Source of the DNA: Macrostomum hystrix
Taxonomy: Eukaryota > Animalia > Platyhelminthes
DNA: 64,000 bases
Direction: 5' to 3'
Assembly: GCA_950097015.1 (NCBI GenBank)
Contig: CATNEN010000002.1
Coordinates: 4,278,001 to 4,342,000, forward strand
Shown here: piece by piece, positions 48,801 to 60,800 of the stretch
Position numbering within the stretch: position 1 is the first letter of the stretch
Layout of the letters: the number at the start of each line of letters is the position of its first letter
Made by a program: the position numbers and the translations under genes
Notes under the pieces: generated by a model
What the model saw: the letters and a program-made list of their open reading frames with translations, nothing else
Told to the model about the DNA's origin: nothing
Database searches by the model: none

Positions 48801-51800
48801 CCCACCCTTCCTCTGCCTCTCTCTCTCTCACACCCTTCCTCTGCCTCTCTCAGTCTTTCCCACCCTTCCTCTGCCTCTCTCAGTCTTTCCCACCCTTCCT
48901 CTGCCTCTCTCAGTCTCTCCCACCCTTCCTCTGCTTCTCTCTCTCTCACCCTTCCTCTGTCTCTTTCAGTCTCTCCCATCCTTCCTCTGCCTCTCTCTGT
49001 TTCTCCCACCCTTCCTCTGCTTCTCTCTCTCACCCTTCCTCTGCCTCTCTATCTGTCTTTCTCACCCTCTCTACAGTTTCTCTCTCCCATGTACGCGCGC
49101 ATATTTCAATTGCCGGCCTCAGTGACTTTGGCTACTCCTAAGTGCCAATTCCCGTACAAAAGAAACACTTCCACACTCCATTGCCATTGTCAACACACCC
49201 AAATGCTGACATTCTCTATTGTTCTTCCAGTTTCTTACCAAGTTATAAAGTTAGCTTGAAAATCCTATTCCTTTGTTTATTCGCAATAGGCTTGGTGTCG
49301 GCGTTTGAAAGTTGGCATTGGGTAATCCTCATTCCTCATTACTTTCCATCTCCGCTGGCTAAATGCAGTACAGTGTGAGTCATTGTGCTTCCACTACCAT
49401 CTGGCCAGTCCTCCATTGCTACTATTGGTTCATTCTTAGTCCGTGTTTTTTTCTAGTTGTACGTTTCTGCACTGCACTCTCACTATACGGCCGCATTGTC
49501 ATTAGCTCTATTCTCATTGGCTGAGAACTGTTCTCCTGTTCCCTAAATTGACCCCTCCTACCTTTCTGAAGCTGGTTTAGCAAGATCTCCGCCCATTGCC
49601 AAGACGTGTCTGGTCTGGTTTAGACAGCAGAAAAAATTCCATATATCATTCTGAATAGCAATGCCTTATAGCAGACAGAAATAACAAAACTGTACAAATA
49701 AATCTGATTATGAGCAGCAGCGGCCATTGGTCAGCAGCTAACGATTCGCAGAATTTTCAAACCAAAGTATTCTTTAACGAATCTTCGCCTAGAACAAAGA
49801 AGTTAAAGAGCAGAAATAAAAAAGTAAAAAGGCGGCAGCAGCAGCAGCAGCAGCAGCATCCGGGCTTGCTATCTGCGGCTACTCAAAATCGTCTAGCTAG
49901 GCGTCGAGAAGCAGCTAATAGCCTAACAACTGAGTATAACAGTTGCGAACAGCAGTTTCTGCCTGGTAAATATCACAGATTTAAAACTATTGTCTGTCTG
50001 TAAAACTATTGTCACACACGTTTGTGAGTAAGTGCCTTGTGTACAGTATCTGTGTGGGTGTGTGCTCAGCAGTCGGCAGATCGGACAGAATTGCCTACTC
50101 GCTGGCTGTTGGTCTAGTGTCACCAATATATGTAGCAGTGCCCTCAGTATTCTATTTACAGCATTTATGACTGTCACATGATAGTCAGGCATAGGTCCTT
50201 TTATGACTTGTAATATATTATAATTTTCATTTAGTCTTTCCGCTGTGCCGCAATGAATTGGTAGAGACCCTATAGCAGCTGCCTGTAATAACTAGTCGGT
50301 GATTGAATTATTTATGCTAATTTGGGGGATTTTATATGACAGCCAGTCTGTTTTTGTTTCGCCAATATTTTGCTGATAGAGAACATGAGAAGGCGACATA
50401 AGAGGCGAGAATGGACAAAAGAGAACTGACAAGTGAGATAAGAGATAGAGAGAACTGACAAAATAGAACTGACAAGGAAGATAAGAGATAGAGGAAGGGA
50501 GATAAGAGATAGGGATGACAAGGGAGATAAGAGATAGAGATGACAAGGGAGATAAGAGATAGAGATGACAAGGGAGATAAGAGATAGAGATGACAAGGGA
50601 GATAAGAGATAGAGGGATGACAAGGGAGATAAGAGATAGAGGGATGACAAGGGAGATAAGAGATAGAGGGATGACAAGGGAGATAAGAGATAGAGGGATG
50701 ACAAGGGAGATAAGAGATAGAGGGATGACAAGGGAGATAAGAGATAGAGGGATGACAAGGGAGATAAGAGATAGAGATGACAAGGGAGATAAGAGATAGA
50801 GAGATGACAAGGGAGATAAGAGATAGAGGGATCACAAGGGAGATAAGAGATAGAGATGACAAGGGAGATAAGAGATAGAGGGATCACAAGGGAGATAAGA
50901 GATAGAGATGACAAGGGAGATAAGAGATAGAGGGATGACAAGGGAGATAAGAGATAGAGGGATGACAAGGGAGATAAGAGATAGAGGGATGACAAGGGAG
51001 ATAAGAGATAGAGGGATGACAAGGGAGATAAGAGATAGAGGGATGACAAGGGAGATAAGAGATAGAGGGATGACAAGGGAGATAAGAGATAGAGGGATGA
51101 CAAGGGAGATAAGAGATAGAGATGACAAGGGAGATAAGAGATAGAGAGATGACAAGGGAGATAAGAGATAGAGGGATCACAAGGGAGATAAGAGATAGAG
51201 GGATGACAAGGGAGATAAGAGATAGAGGGATGACAAGGGAGATAAGAGATAGAGATGACAAGGGAGATAAGAGATAGAGAGATGACATGGGAGATAAGAG
51301 ATAGAGGGATCACAAGGGAGATAAGAGATAGAGGGATGACAAGGGAGATAAGAGATAGAGGGATGACAAGGGAGATAAGAGATAGAGGGATGACAAGGGA
51401 GATAAGAGATAGAGGGATGACAAGGGAGATAAGAGATAGAGGGATGACAAGGGAGATAAGAGATAGAGGGATGACAAGGGAGATAAGAGATAGAGGGATG
51501 ACAAGGGAGATAAGAGATAGAGGGATGACAAGGGAGATAAGAGATAGAGGGATGACAAGGGAGATAAGAGATAGAGGGATGACAAGGGAGATAAGAGATA
51601 GAGATGACAAGGGAGATAAGAGATAGAGGGATGACAAGGGAGATAAGAGATAGAGATGACAAGGGAGATAAGAGATAGAGGGATCACAAGGGAGATAAGA
51701 GATAGAGATGACAAGGGAGATAAGAGATAGAGGGATGACAAGGGAGATAAGAGATAGAGGGATGACAAGGGAGATAAGAGATAGAGGGATGACAAGGGAG

Positions 51801-54800
51801 ATAAGAGATAGAGGGATGACAAGGGAGATAAGAGATAGAGATGACAAGGGAGATAAGAGATAGAGGGATGACAAGGGAGATAAGAGATAGAGATGACAAG
51901 GGAGATAAGAGATAGAGAGATGACATGGGAGATAAGAGATAGAGGGATCACAAGGGAGATAAGAGATAGAGGGATGACAAGGGAGATAAGAGATAGAGGG
52001 ATGACAAGGGAGATAAGAGATAGAGGGATGACAAGGGAGATAAGAGATAGAGGGATGACAAGGGAGATAAGAGATAGAGATGACAAGGGAGATAAGAGAT
52101 AGAGGGATGACAAGGGAGATAAGAGATAGAGGGATGACAAGGGAGATAAGAGATTAGGTTTAAATGAAGATATGATGCTAAGGTGAGATAAAGGTGGGAG
52201 AGCAATATGAGACTGCAGTAGAGAATGCAATAAGTATAATACGAGCCATAACGCCAGAGAATGTGTCGAAACAGGAAAGCAAAGTAAATAAAAGTATTTC
52301 AACAAGCTCGCAAAAATTATATAACTTAGAAATAAATTTGCTGCCTAACATGCAATTGTATAATTTATTGACATTTTATTGATTCATTTTCCAAGTGTGT
52401 TTATAGATTTTTTCTGAATAATTAATGAACATAATATTTTAGGCGGGTCTTTCTTGCCAGTTTTCGGTCTAACGTGGAGTCGCTGAAAGAATTCTGTGTT
52501 AACCGAAATTAATTAATAGTGACGCGCGAACTTTTTCTTTATTTCTGAATCGCTATTATTTGTTTTACACCTTCAAGAAAATCCAATATAGACGGTTGAA
52601 GTACCCCCACCCAAGCTTGTCTAGGCAGTAATTAAAAAAGAAGCAATAAACCCGAGAGAAGGTGTTAATTGTGGAGTTTGATTGACAGCTAGTTTAGCAT
52701 CGTTATTAAGAAAGGGGTTGTAGCCTAGTAGTACGATGGCATTGATAATAATAATTGCAGGAGGGCTGCGGGCAATGGCACATCATTTGGTGACATTAGA
52801 CCTGCAGCCAGCGAGGAGGCAATTCTGTTAACTTCGCTGACTCCTGAGCACACACGCACACAGATTCCGCACACAGGTGTGTACATCCCTGCCCTGAATT
52901 TCTCATCGTCAGGCAGTGTACACTCTCACTGTGCCTTGGAGGTTGGCCCTCGAGGGCGTAAATTGCACGACAAGCCCCCAAGCCTTCTCTCCGCGGCTGC
53001 GCCCCAAATGAATGTGGCCTCGCCACGGAATCGAGCTCAGGGACCTTGGTGCGAGAGGGAGACGCTAGTTAATTATGTACGATTCGGCTTCTAGAAAGCA
53101 AAACTAACTGCTCAAATTCCTTCCCGTGAATTAATTTGAGCAGAGCGCGAACTCGTGCTGGAGATCGAGCGCCTAAAACGGCGGGTCGGGTCCGCAAAGA
53201 AAGTCCCAGCCGCCGCCAACGCCAGCAGCTCCCAGATTGAGCAGTATTTCAAAGGCGTCGAGAGCGACAGAGACTATTGGAAAAGAGAAGCTGAGCAGTT
53301 GAGCCAAATGCTCAAATCGCCAGCCCTGATGTCCGGCCGGTCGGCTGCGGCTAACGGCTCAGCTTCCCGCGGCCCCAGTCCAACTGGCGGTGCCCGGCTG
53401 AGCAGAGCTGTAAAAATGCGCTCAGCCAGCCCGGCCAGGCCGGCTATCAACGGCAAGGTGAGAATAATAGTGTGCGATTTCTGGGGTTAGTGTCAGTTGC
53501 TGATGTCATTTTTTTGAATTGCCACATCCTATTGTCATTTTTAATGAATTGTCACATCCTGTTGTCATTTTTAGTGAATTGCCACTTTCTGTTGTCATTT
53601 TTAATGAATTGCCACTTCCTGTTGTCATTTTTAATGAATTGCCACTTCCTGTTGTCATTTTTAGTGAATTGTCACTTCCTGTTGTCATTTTTAATGAATT
53701 GCCACTTCCTGTTGTCATTTTTAATGAATTGTCACTTCCTGTTGTCATTTTTTAATGAATTGTCACTTCCTGTTGTCATTTTTAGTGAATTGTCACATCC
53801 TGTTGTCATTTTTAGTGAATTGGCACATCCTGTTGTCATTTTTAGTGAATTGGCACATCCTATTGTCATTTCAATGAACTGTCACTTCCTGTTGTCATTT
53901 TTAAAACCCTATCTCCACCTGATGTACTTGACTGTCACTTCGAGCTTCAGGTGTGAACTGTGCCTGACGATGGAAAAGCCAAACTATAATATATGAAAAT
54001 GATGCTTTGCGCCAGGCCTCGAAAAAACTACAGTTCTTACTGTCAGTAGTTAGTCAAAGGTACTATCCATACCATTCTACCGTGACATAAAACAGTGAAG
54101 TTGTGATTTTCATATGAGAGGGACTTTCTGCTAAATCTGATAAATGATTAATTATTCATGAACAAGGCACATCGCTGCTTCTCAGGTTTAAAGTCGTGAA
54201 TGTAGCTTTATTTGCATAGCAACAGCAGCCCTTAATTCTGACTATTTCTGTCTATGCGCCTGTGTGCGTGCGTATGTAGCTCTATAAATTGATTTACTCC
54301 ATATTAGCCAGCGACTGTCGTTTTCACTCATGCTCTCGTGTGTCTGTCAAAGCAATGCTTCTCAAGGAAGGTATATATTGTAGCTACAATGGTTGGCTTT
54401 CATTCGATTGTCAGTTTCTTATCAATTTGGCATAGTATTTTTTTTCACTTCAACCCACTGGTGAGTTTTTATAGCTCTCAGTTATTTTTATGCTTTTAAT
54501 TTAAATGATTTAATTCAGTTAATTGTTGTCAATGAAACAGGCAAACTGTTTTGTTTATGTTGTTTATGCTTCTATGCTTATTTCGCCCATGTCGCCGATT
54601 TCGTCGTTGTCGCCGATTTCGTCGATGTCGCCGATTTCGTCGATGTCGCCGATTTCGTCGATGTCGCCGATTTCGTCCATGTCGCCGATTTCGTCGATTT
54701 CGTCGATGTCGTCGATGTCGCCGATTTCGTCGATGTCGCCGATGTCTGCGATTTCGTCGATGTCGCCTTTGTCGATGCCGCCGATTTCGTTGATGTCCCC

Positions 54801-57800
54801 GAACTCGCCGATTTCGTCGATGTCGCCGATTTCGTCGATGTCACCGATTTCGTCGATCTCGCCGATTACATCGATGTCTCCGACTTTATCGGTGTCGCCG
54901 ATTTTTTCGATGTCATTCAAGTAATAAATATTACCCCGTTAACTGTTTTAGGATTATTCCTCGGATCATAATGCCGACTATGGAAGCGGCGGTGTCGGCG
55001 GCAGCTACGACAAACTGCGCCAGCGAGGTCGGTCTCCGCCAACTCGCGATCGCGACCGAGCCTCGCTGAGCGCCGATCCGATGGCCTCAGCAGCCGCCTC
55101 ATTCGACGACTCCGAGCTGCTCCGCGTTAAACGAGAACGCGATGAGTTGCAGGCCCTGCTGGACAAATTCGAGCGGCACATGGCCGAGATTCAGGGCAAT
55201 GTCAGGGCTTTGACCCTCGAGCGGGACCAGCTCTGCCGGGTGCTGGACGACACCAAGGACGAGCTTCATCGAGCGCGACGCGAGCTCATGTCTTCGGCGA
55301 CTCAGCCGAAGGTGTCCCTGGCCGCTCAGGCGGTGCTGAAACGCGTCGAAACTGAACGAGACGACGCCATCGCCGAACTGAGGCGGACGACTGTTGAACG
55401 GGACAGCCTGCGGGACCGGATGAAGGCGTCGGCGGAATCGGCGACGGTCGACCGGGCGCGACTGGAACAGCGCGTCGAGGAGCTGCAGGCGGCTGCTAGA
55501 AAGGTTTGCACTTTGCACCCACCAGCCATTTTTGACTGTTTCTTTCCTTAGTCTATTAAATCTACCCGGACACATTTTGTTCTCGCACCCCTGAAGCATC
55601 AATGTTACCGCCTGAGCATCAGCCACATCAGCCACTAAATTCACCTTAGTTACTGGAGCCTGACCCGACTTTTCACACCTGAATCCACATCACGTTTCTC
55701 ACACCTGAAACCACCCACATTTTCCCACCTGAACCCTTCGTTTCTCCTACCTGAACCCTACGGTTCTCCTACCTGAACCCTACGTTTCTCCTACCTGAAC
55801 CCTACGGTTCTCCTACCTGAACCCTACGTTTCTCCTACCTGAACCCTACGTTTCTTCTACCTGAACCCTACGTTTCTCCTACCTGAACCCTACGTTTCTC
55901 CTACCTGAACCCTACGGTTCTCCTACCTGAACCCTACGTTTCTCCTACCTGAACCCTACGTTTCTCCTACCTGAACCCTACGTTCTTCCCACCTCAACCC
56001 ACCTTAGTTTTCCCACCTGAACCCACGATTCTCACACCTAAACCAGACTGAGGTTTCTTACCTGAACTCACTGTTCTCACACCTGAACCCACGGTTCTCA
56101 CACCTGAACCCGCGGTTCTCACACCTGAACCCACGGTTCTCACAGCCGAACCCGCCTGAGGTTTCTGACCTGAACCCACGCTTCTCACACCTGAACCCAC
56201 GGTTCTCACACCTGAACCCATGCTTCTCACACCTGAACCAGTGGTATTCTCACATGAACCCACGTTCTCACACCAGAAGCCACATTTATTACACCTGAAC
56301 CCACATCTGCACCAGTTCAAGCTGACAGTTTTTATACTTCTCCTCCGAAATCCGCAGGCGGCTGCCGAGCGCGACGACAATGGCACCCGAGCTGCCACCC
56401 TGCGCCACCGCTGCCAAGAGCTGGAAGAGCAAGCCAAGCAGCTGCACCGCGCCTTGGCCGATCGCGACGACGAATTTGCCAATGAGCGCGCCGGCTGCAA
56501 TCAGGCCCGCATGCAGCTGGAGTCTGCTCAACGACAGTGCCGCCAATTGGAGGCCGACTTAGCGCAGGCGCAGGACGCTGCCGCTCTGCTGCAGGTAAGC
56601 TATAGAAAACTGAATAAGTAGTATGAATAGTATCTGACCGAGAGGTCTGGGGTTCGATTCTCAGCCAAACAGAATTCCCCTTTAATGCTATTAGTATCAT
56701 TCAAATTATCAGTAGTATAAATTAAAGTGTCTAATATCGCCTAAACTGTCAGTAGTATCGATAAACTGTCAGTAGTATGATTCAATCTGTGAGTAGCATC
56801 ATTCAAACTGTCAGTAGTATCATTCAAACTGTCAGTAGTATCATTCAAACTGTAAGTAGTATCATTCAAACTGTCAGTAGTATCATTCAAACTGTCAGTA
56901 GTATCATTCAAACTGTCAGTAGTATCATTCAAACTGTCAGTAGTATCATTCAAACTGTCAGTAGTATCATTTAAACTGTCAGTAGTATCGATAAACTGTC
57001 AGTAGTATGATTCAATCTGTGAGTAGCATCATTCAAACTGTCATTAGTATCATTCAAACTGTCAGTAGTATCATTCAAACTGTGAGTAGTATCATTCAAA
57101 CTGTGAGTAGTATCATTTAAACTGTCAGTAGTATCATTCAAACTGTCAGTAGTATCATTCAAACTGTGAGTAGTATCATTCAAACTGTGAGTAGTATCAT
57201 TCAAACTGTTAGTAGTATCATTCAAGCTGTCAGTAGTATCATTCAAACTGTGAGTAGTATCATTCAAACTGTCAGTAGTATCGATAAACTGTCAGTAGTA
57301 TGATTCAATCTGTGAGTAGCATCATTCAAACTGTCAGTAGTATCATTCAAACTGTCAGTAGTATCATTCAAACTGTGAGTAGTATCATTCAAACTGTCAG
57401 TAGTATCGATAAACTGTCAGTAGTATGATTCAATCTGTGAGTAGCATCATTCAAACTGTCAGTAGTATCATTCAAACTGTGAGTAGTGTTATTTAAACCA
57501 TGAGTAGTATCATTTAAACTGTAAGTAGTATCATTCAAACTGTGAGCAGTGTTAATTAAACTGTGAGTAGTATCATTCAAACTGTGAGTAGTGTTAATTA
57601 AACTGTGAGTAGTATCATTCAAACTGTGAGTAGTGTTGATTAAACTGTGAGTAGTATCATTCAAACTAACAGTAGCATCGCTTCAACTGACTGTAGAATC
57701 GCTTCAACTGTCAGTAGTATCATTCAAACTGTCAATAATATTATTCAACTGTTATTAATTCTTTTCTGATTCGAAAATCTACCCTGCAGGACCGCTGCCT

Positions 57801-60800
57801 CTGCTTGGACCGCGAAGTGAAGACTCTGCGCGACGAGCACGCCCAACTGCGCGCCGGCATCAACAGCCTGGACTACGAAAAGGACAGCCTGGAGGGCGCC
57901 CTGCAGGAGCGCGCCGATCGACTGCGCGCCGCCGAAGAGGAGGCCAAAGCCAAGGAGACGCTGCTAGGGGACCTGCGAGCCCAGCTGCACCACGCCGAGT
58001 ATCAGCTGAGCCGAGCGCAGGATCAACTGGCCAGCCGGGAGAGGGAGCTGCGGCAGTCTAGGAAAACTTCCGAAACTGCTCAGGCTGAGCTCAATAGCGA
58101 GCGGCATCGGGCCGACTGCTTGCAGCGCGATGTGGCCAGACTGCAGGACGATCTGCAGGTGGGTTGGTCGGCAGTTCGGATCTTTAGTTGTTGGGAGTGT
58201 TAAAATCTTGAGCAGTAGAGAGTTCAAATTGTGAGTAGTCGAGAGTTCGAATCTTGAGCAGTAGAGAGTTCAAATTGTGAGTAGTCGAGAGTTCGAATCT
58301 TGAGCAGTAGAGAGTTCAAATTGTGAGTAGTCGAGAGTTCGAATCTTGAGCAGTCGAGAGTTCGAATCTTGAGCAGTCGAGAGTTCGAATCTTGAGTTGT
58401 CTATAGCTGTCTATAGTTGTCTATAATCCAGTCTATATCTTGAGCTATACGGTTTTTTAATCTGCGGCGATTCGAGCGCTCTGGAGTTCGAGTCCTTCAT
58501 AGCTAAAATGCTTCACTGAAGAGCTGATTTCCTAACTGTTGCAGGTCATGACCAGAGAGAATGCCAGTCTGCAGTCGGAGATTCAAGAGACTGCGCAGGA
58601 ACGAGAACAGTTCAAATCCAAGGCCCAGGACTACCTGGCCGAGGTGCGCCGGGTTGAAGAACTGCTCGGCCAGAAGGAGCAGGAGAGGGCCGACCTACTC
58701 GAGCAGTACCGCCTGCTATCCAGCGAGTCCGACAGATTCCAGGCCGACGCTCACCAGCTGGAGTCCGAGGGCAGCGGCCTCCGATTGGAGCTGGCCGCTC
58801 GCGAGGCCGACTGTCGACGCCTGCGCGAACGACTTGAGCAGGCGGAGTCGGATTTGCGTGACTCCAAGCACACGACTTCGGCCTACGAGTTGCAGGTGAG
58901 GCTGAGGTTCGAAACAACGGGAGGTCAGGAGTTCGAGTCCTTCAAGTTCGAATCTTAGAGAGGTCGAAAACTAGTATTGGATCTTTTAGGTCAGGAGTTC
59001 GAAACTTCGTAAGGTCGGGAGTTCGGATCTTAGTGTGATCGAGAACTTGTATCGAATATTCTGGGTCGGGAGTGAGTGAGGTCAGGATTTCGAATCTTTA
59101 AAGAGTTTAGGAGTTCAAGTCTTAGATAGGGCGAGAACTCGTATCGAATATTGTGGGTCAGTAGTTCGAATCTTAGTGAGGTCGGGAGTTCTAATCTTAG
59201 ACATTTTAAGAACACGTATCAATCAAACGTTTTAAGTCGGGAGTTCGAGTCGTAAAGAGGTCGGGGGTTCGAATCTAAGTGTGGTCAGGAGTTCGAATTT
59301 TACATAGGTCGAGTATTCGAAATGAATCAAATAAATCGAGAGTTCTTTGAGAGTTTTGGAGTTCGAATCCTTAATTTTTTTAGTTGATTTTTGTTTCTAA
59401 AATCGATAAAAAGCGTGACAGCTCCTTTTTAACATCTTCCACAGCTCTCCAACCTCACCCGATCTGTGGCCGACCTCGAAGACAGCCTTCGTCAGCAGGA
59501 GCTAGAACGAGCCGAAACCATGAAAGATCTGGCCGCCCTTCGCGACCTCTGCGCCCGCCTGGAATCCAGCAAGGATAGCGTGCAGCGCCAGCTCACTAGT
59601 AAAGCCCTGGACACCGAGCAGCTCGCTAGCCAGGTGGACGAGTTGCAGCACGAAGCCAATTTGCTTCGTGAGCAGTTAGCCGCTGAGACGGACGCCAAGA
59701 AGAGCCTAGAAACTGTGCTCAGCGCCAGTCGGGAAAAAGAATTCCAGACCCAGCTGGAGGCTCAGGACAGGCAGGCCGAGATGTCCATGATGCGGGAGAG
59801 GCTGGAATTGAGCGACACCAAGCTGGAACAGCTGGGCCGGGATGTCAACAGGTGAGTTTAATCAATGCCTGATTGGATTGGAAATCTTGCGGGTCTTTAG
59901 ACTCTTTTGGACTCAGGCTTTCTTCAGGAAATTCTACCGAGTTTTTTTATGAAATTCCCCATCATTTTCTAAAGAAATTTCACAGCGTTTTTCAGGAAAT
60001 TCCCCACATGGTCTTCTAAGGAAATTCCTCGTTATTTACTCGGGCAATTCTTCTGGTTTTTCATATGAAATTCCTCAGGGTTTAATCAGGAATTTCCTCA
60101 GGGTTTACTCAGGAAATTCCTCATGGTTTGCTCAAGAAATTTCACGGGTTTTCTTAAGAAATTATTCAGGGTTTACTGAGGAAATTCCTCAGGGTTTACT
60201 CAGGAAATTCCTCAGGGTTTATTCAGGAAATTCCTCAGGGTTTATTCAGGAAATTCCTCAGGGTTTACTCAGGGTTTGCTCAGGAAATTCCTCAGGGTTT
60301 GCTCAGGAAATTCCTCAGGGTTTGCTCAGGAAATTCCTCAGGGTTTGCTCAGGAAATTCCTCAGGGTTTACTCAGGGTTTGCTCAGGAAATTCCTCAGGG
60401 TTTGCTCAGGAAATTCCTCAGGGTTTACTCAGGGTTTGCTCAGGAAATTCCTCAGGGTTTACTCAGGGTTTGCTCAGGAAATTCCTCAGGGTTTGCTCAG
60501 GAAATTCCTCAGGGTTTACTCAGGGTTTGCTCAGGAAATTCCTCAGGGTTTACTCAGGGTTTGCTCAGGAAATTCCTCAGGGTTTGCTCAGGAAATTCCT
60601 CAGGGTTTACTCAGGGTTTGCTCAGGAAATTCCTCAGGGTTTACTCAGGAAATTCCTCAGGGTTTACTCAGGGTTTGCTCAGGAAATTCCTCAGGGTTTA
60701 CTCAGGGTTTGCTCAGGAAATTCCTCAGGGTTTACTCAGGAAATTCCTCAGGGTTTACTCAGGGTTTTCTCAGGAAATCCCTCATGATTTTCTTAGCAGT

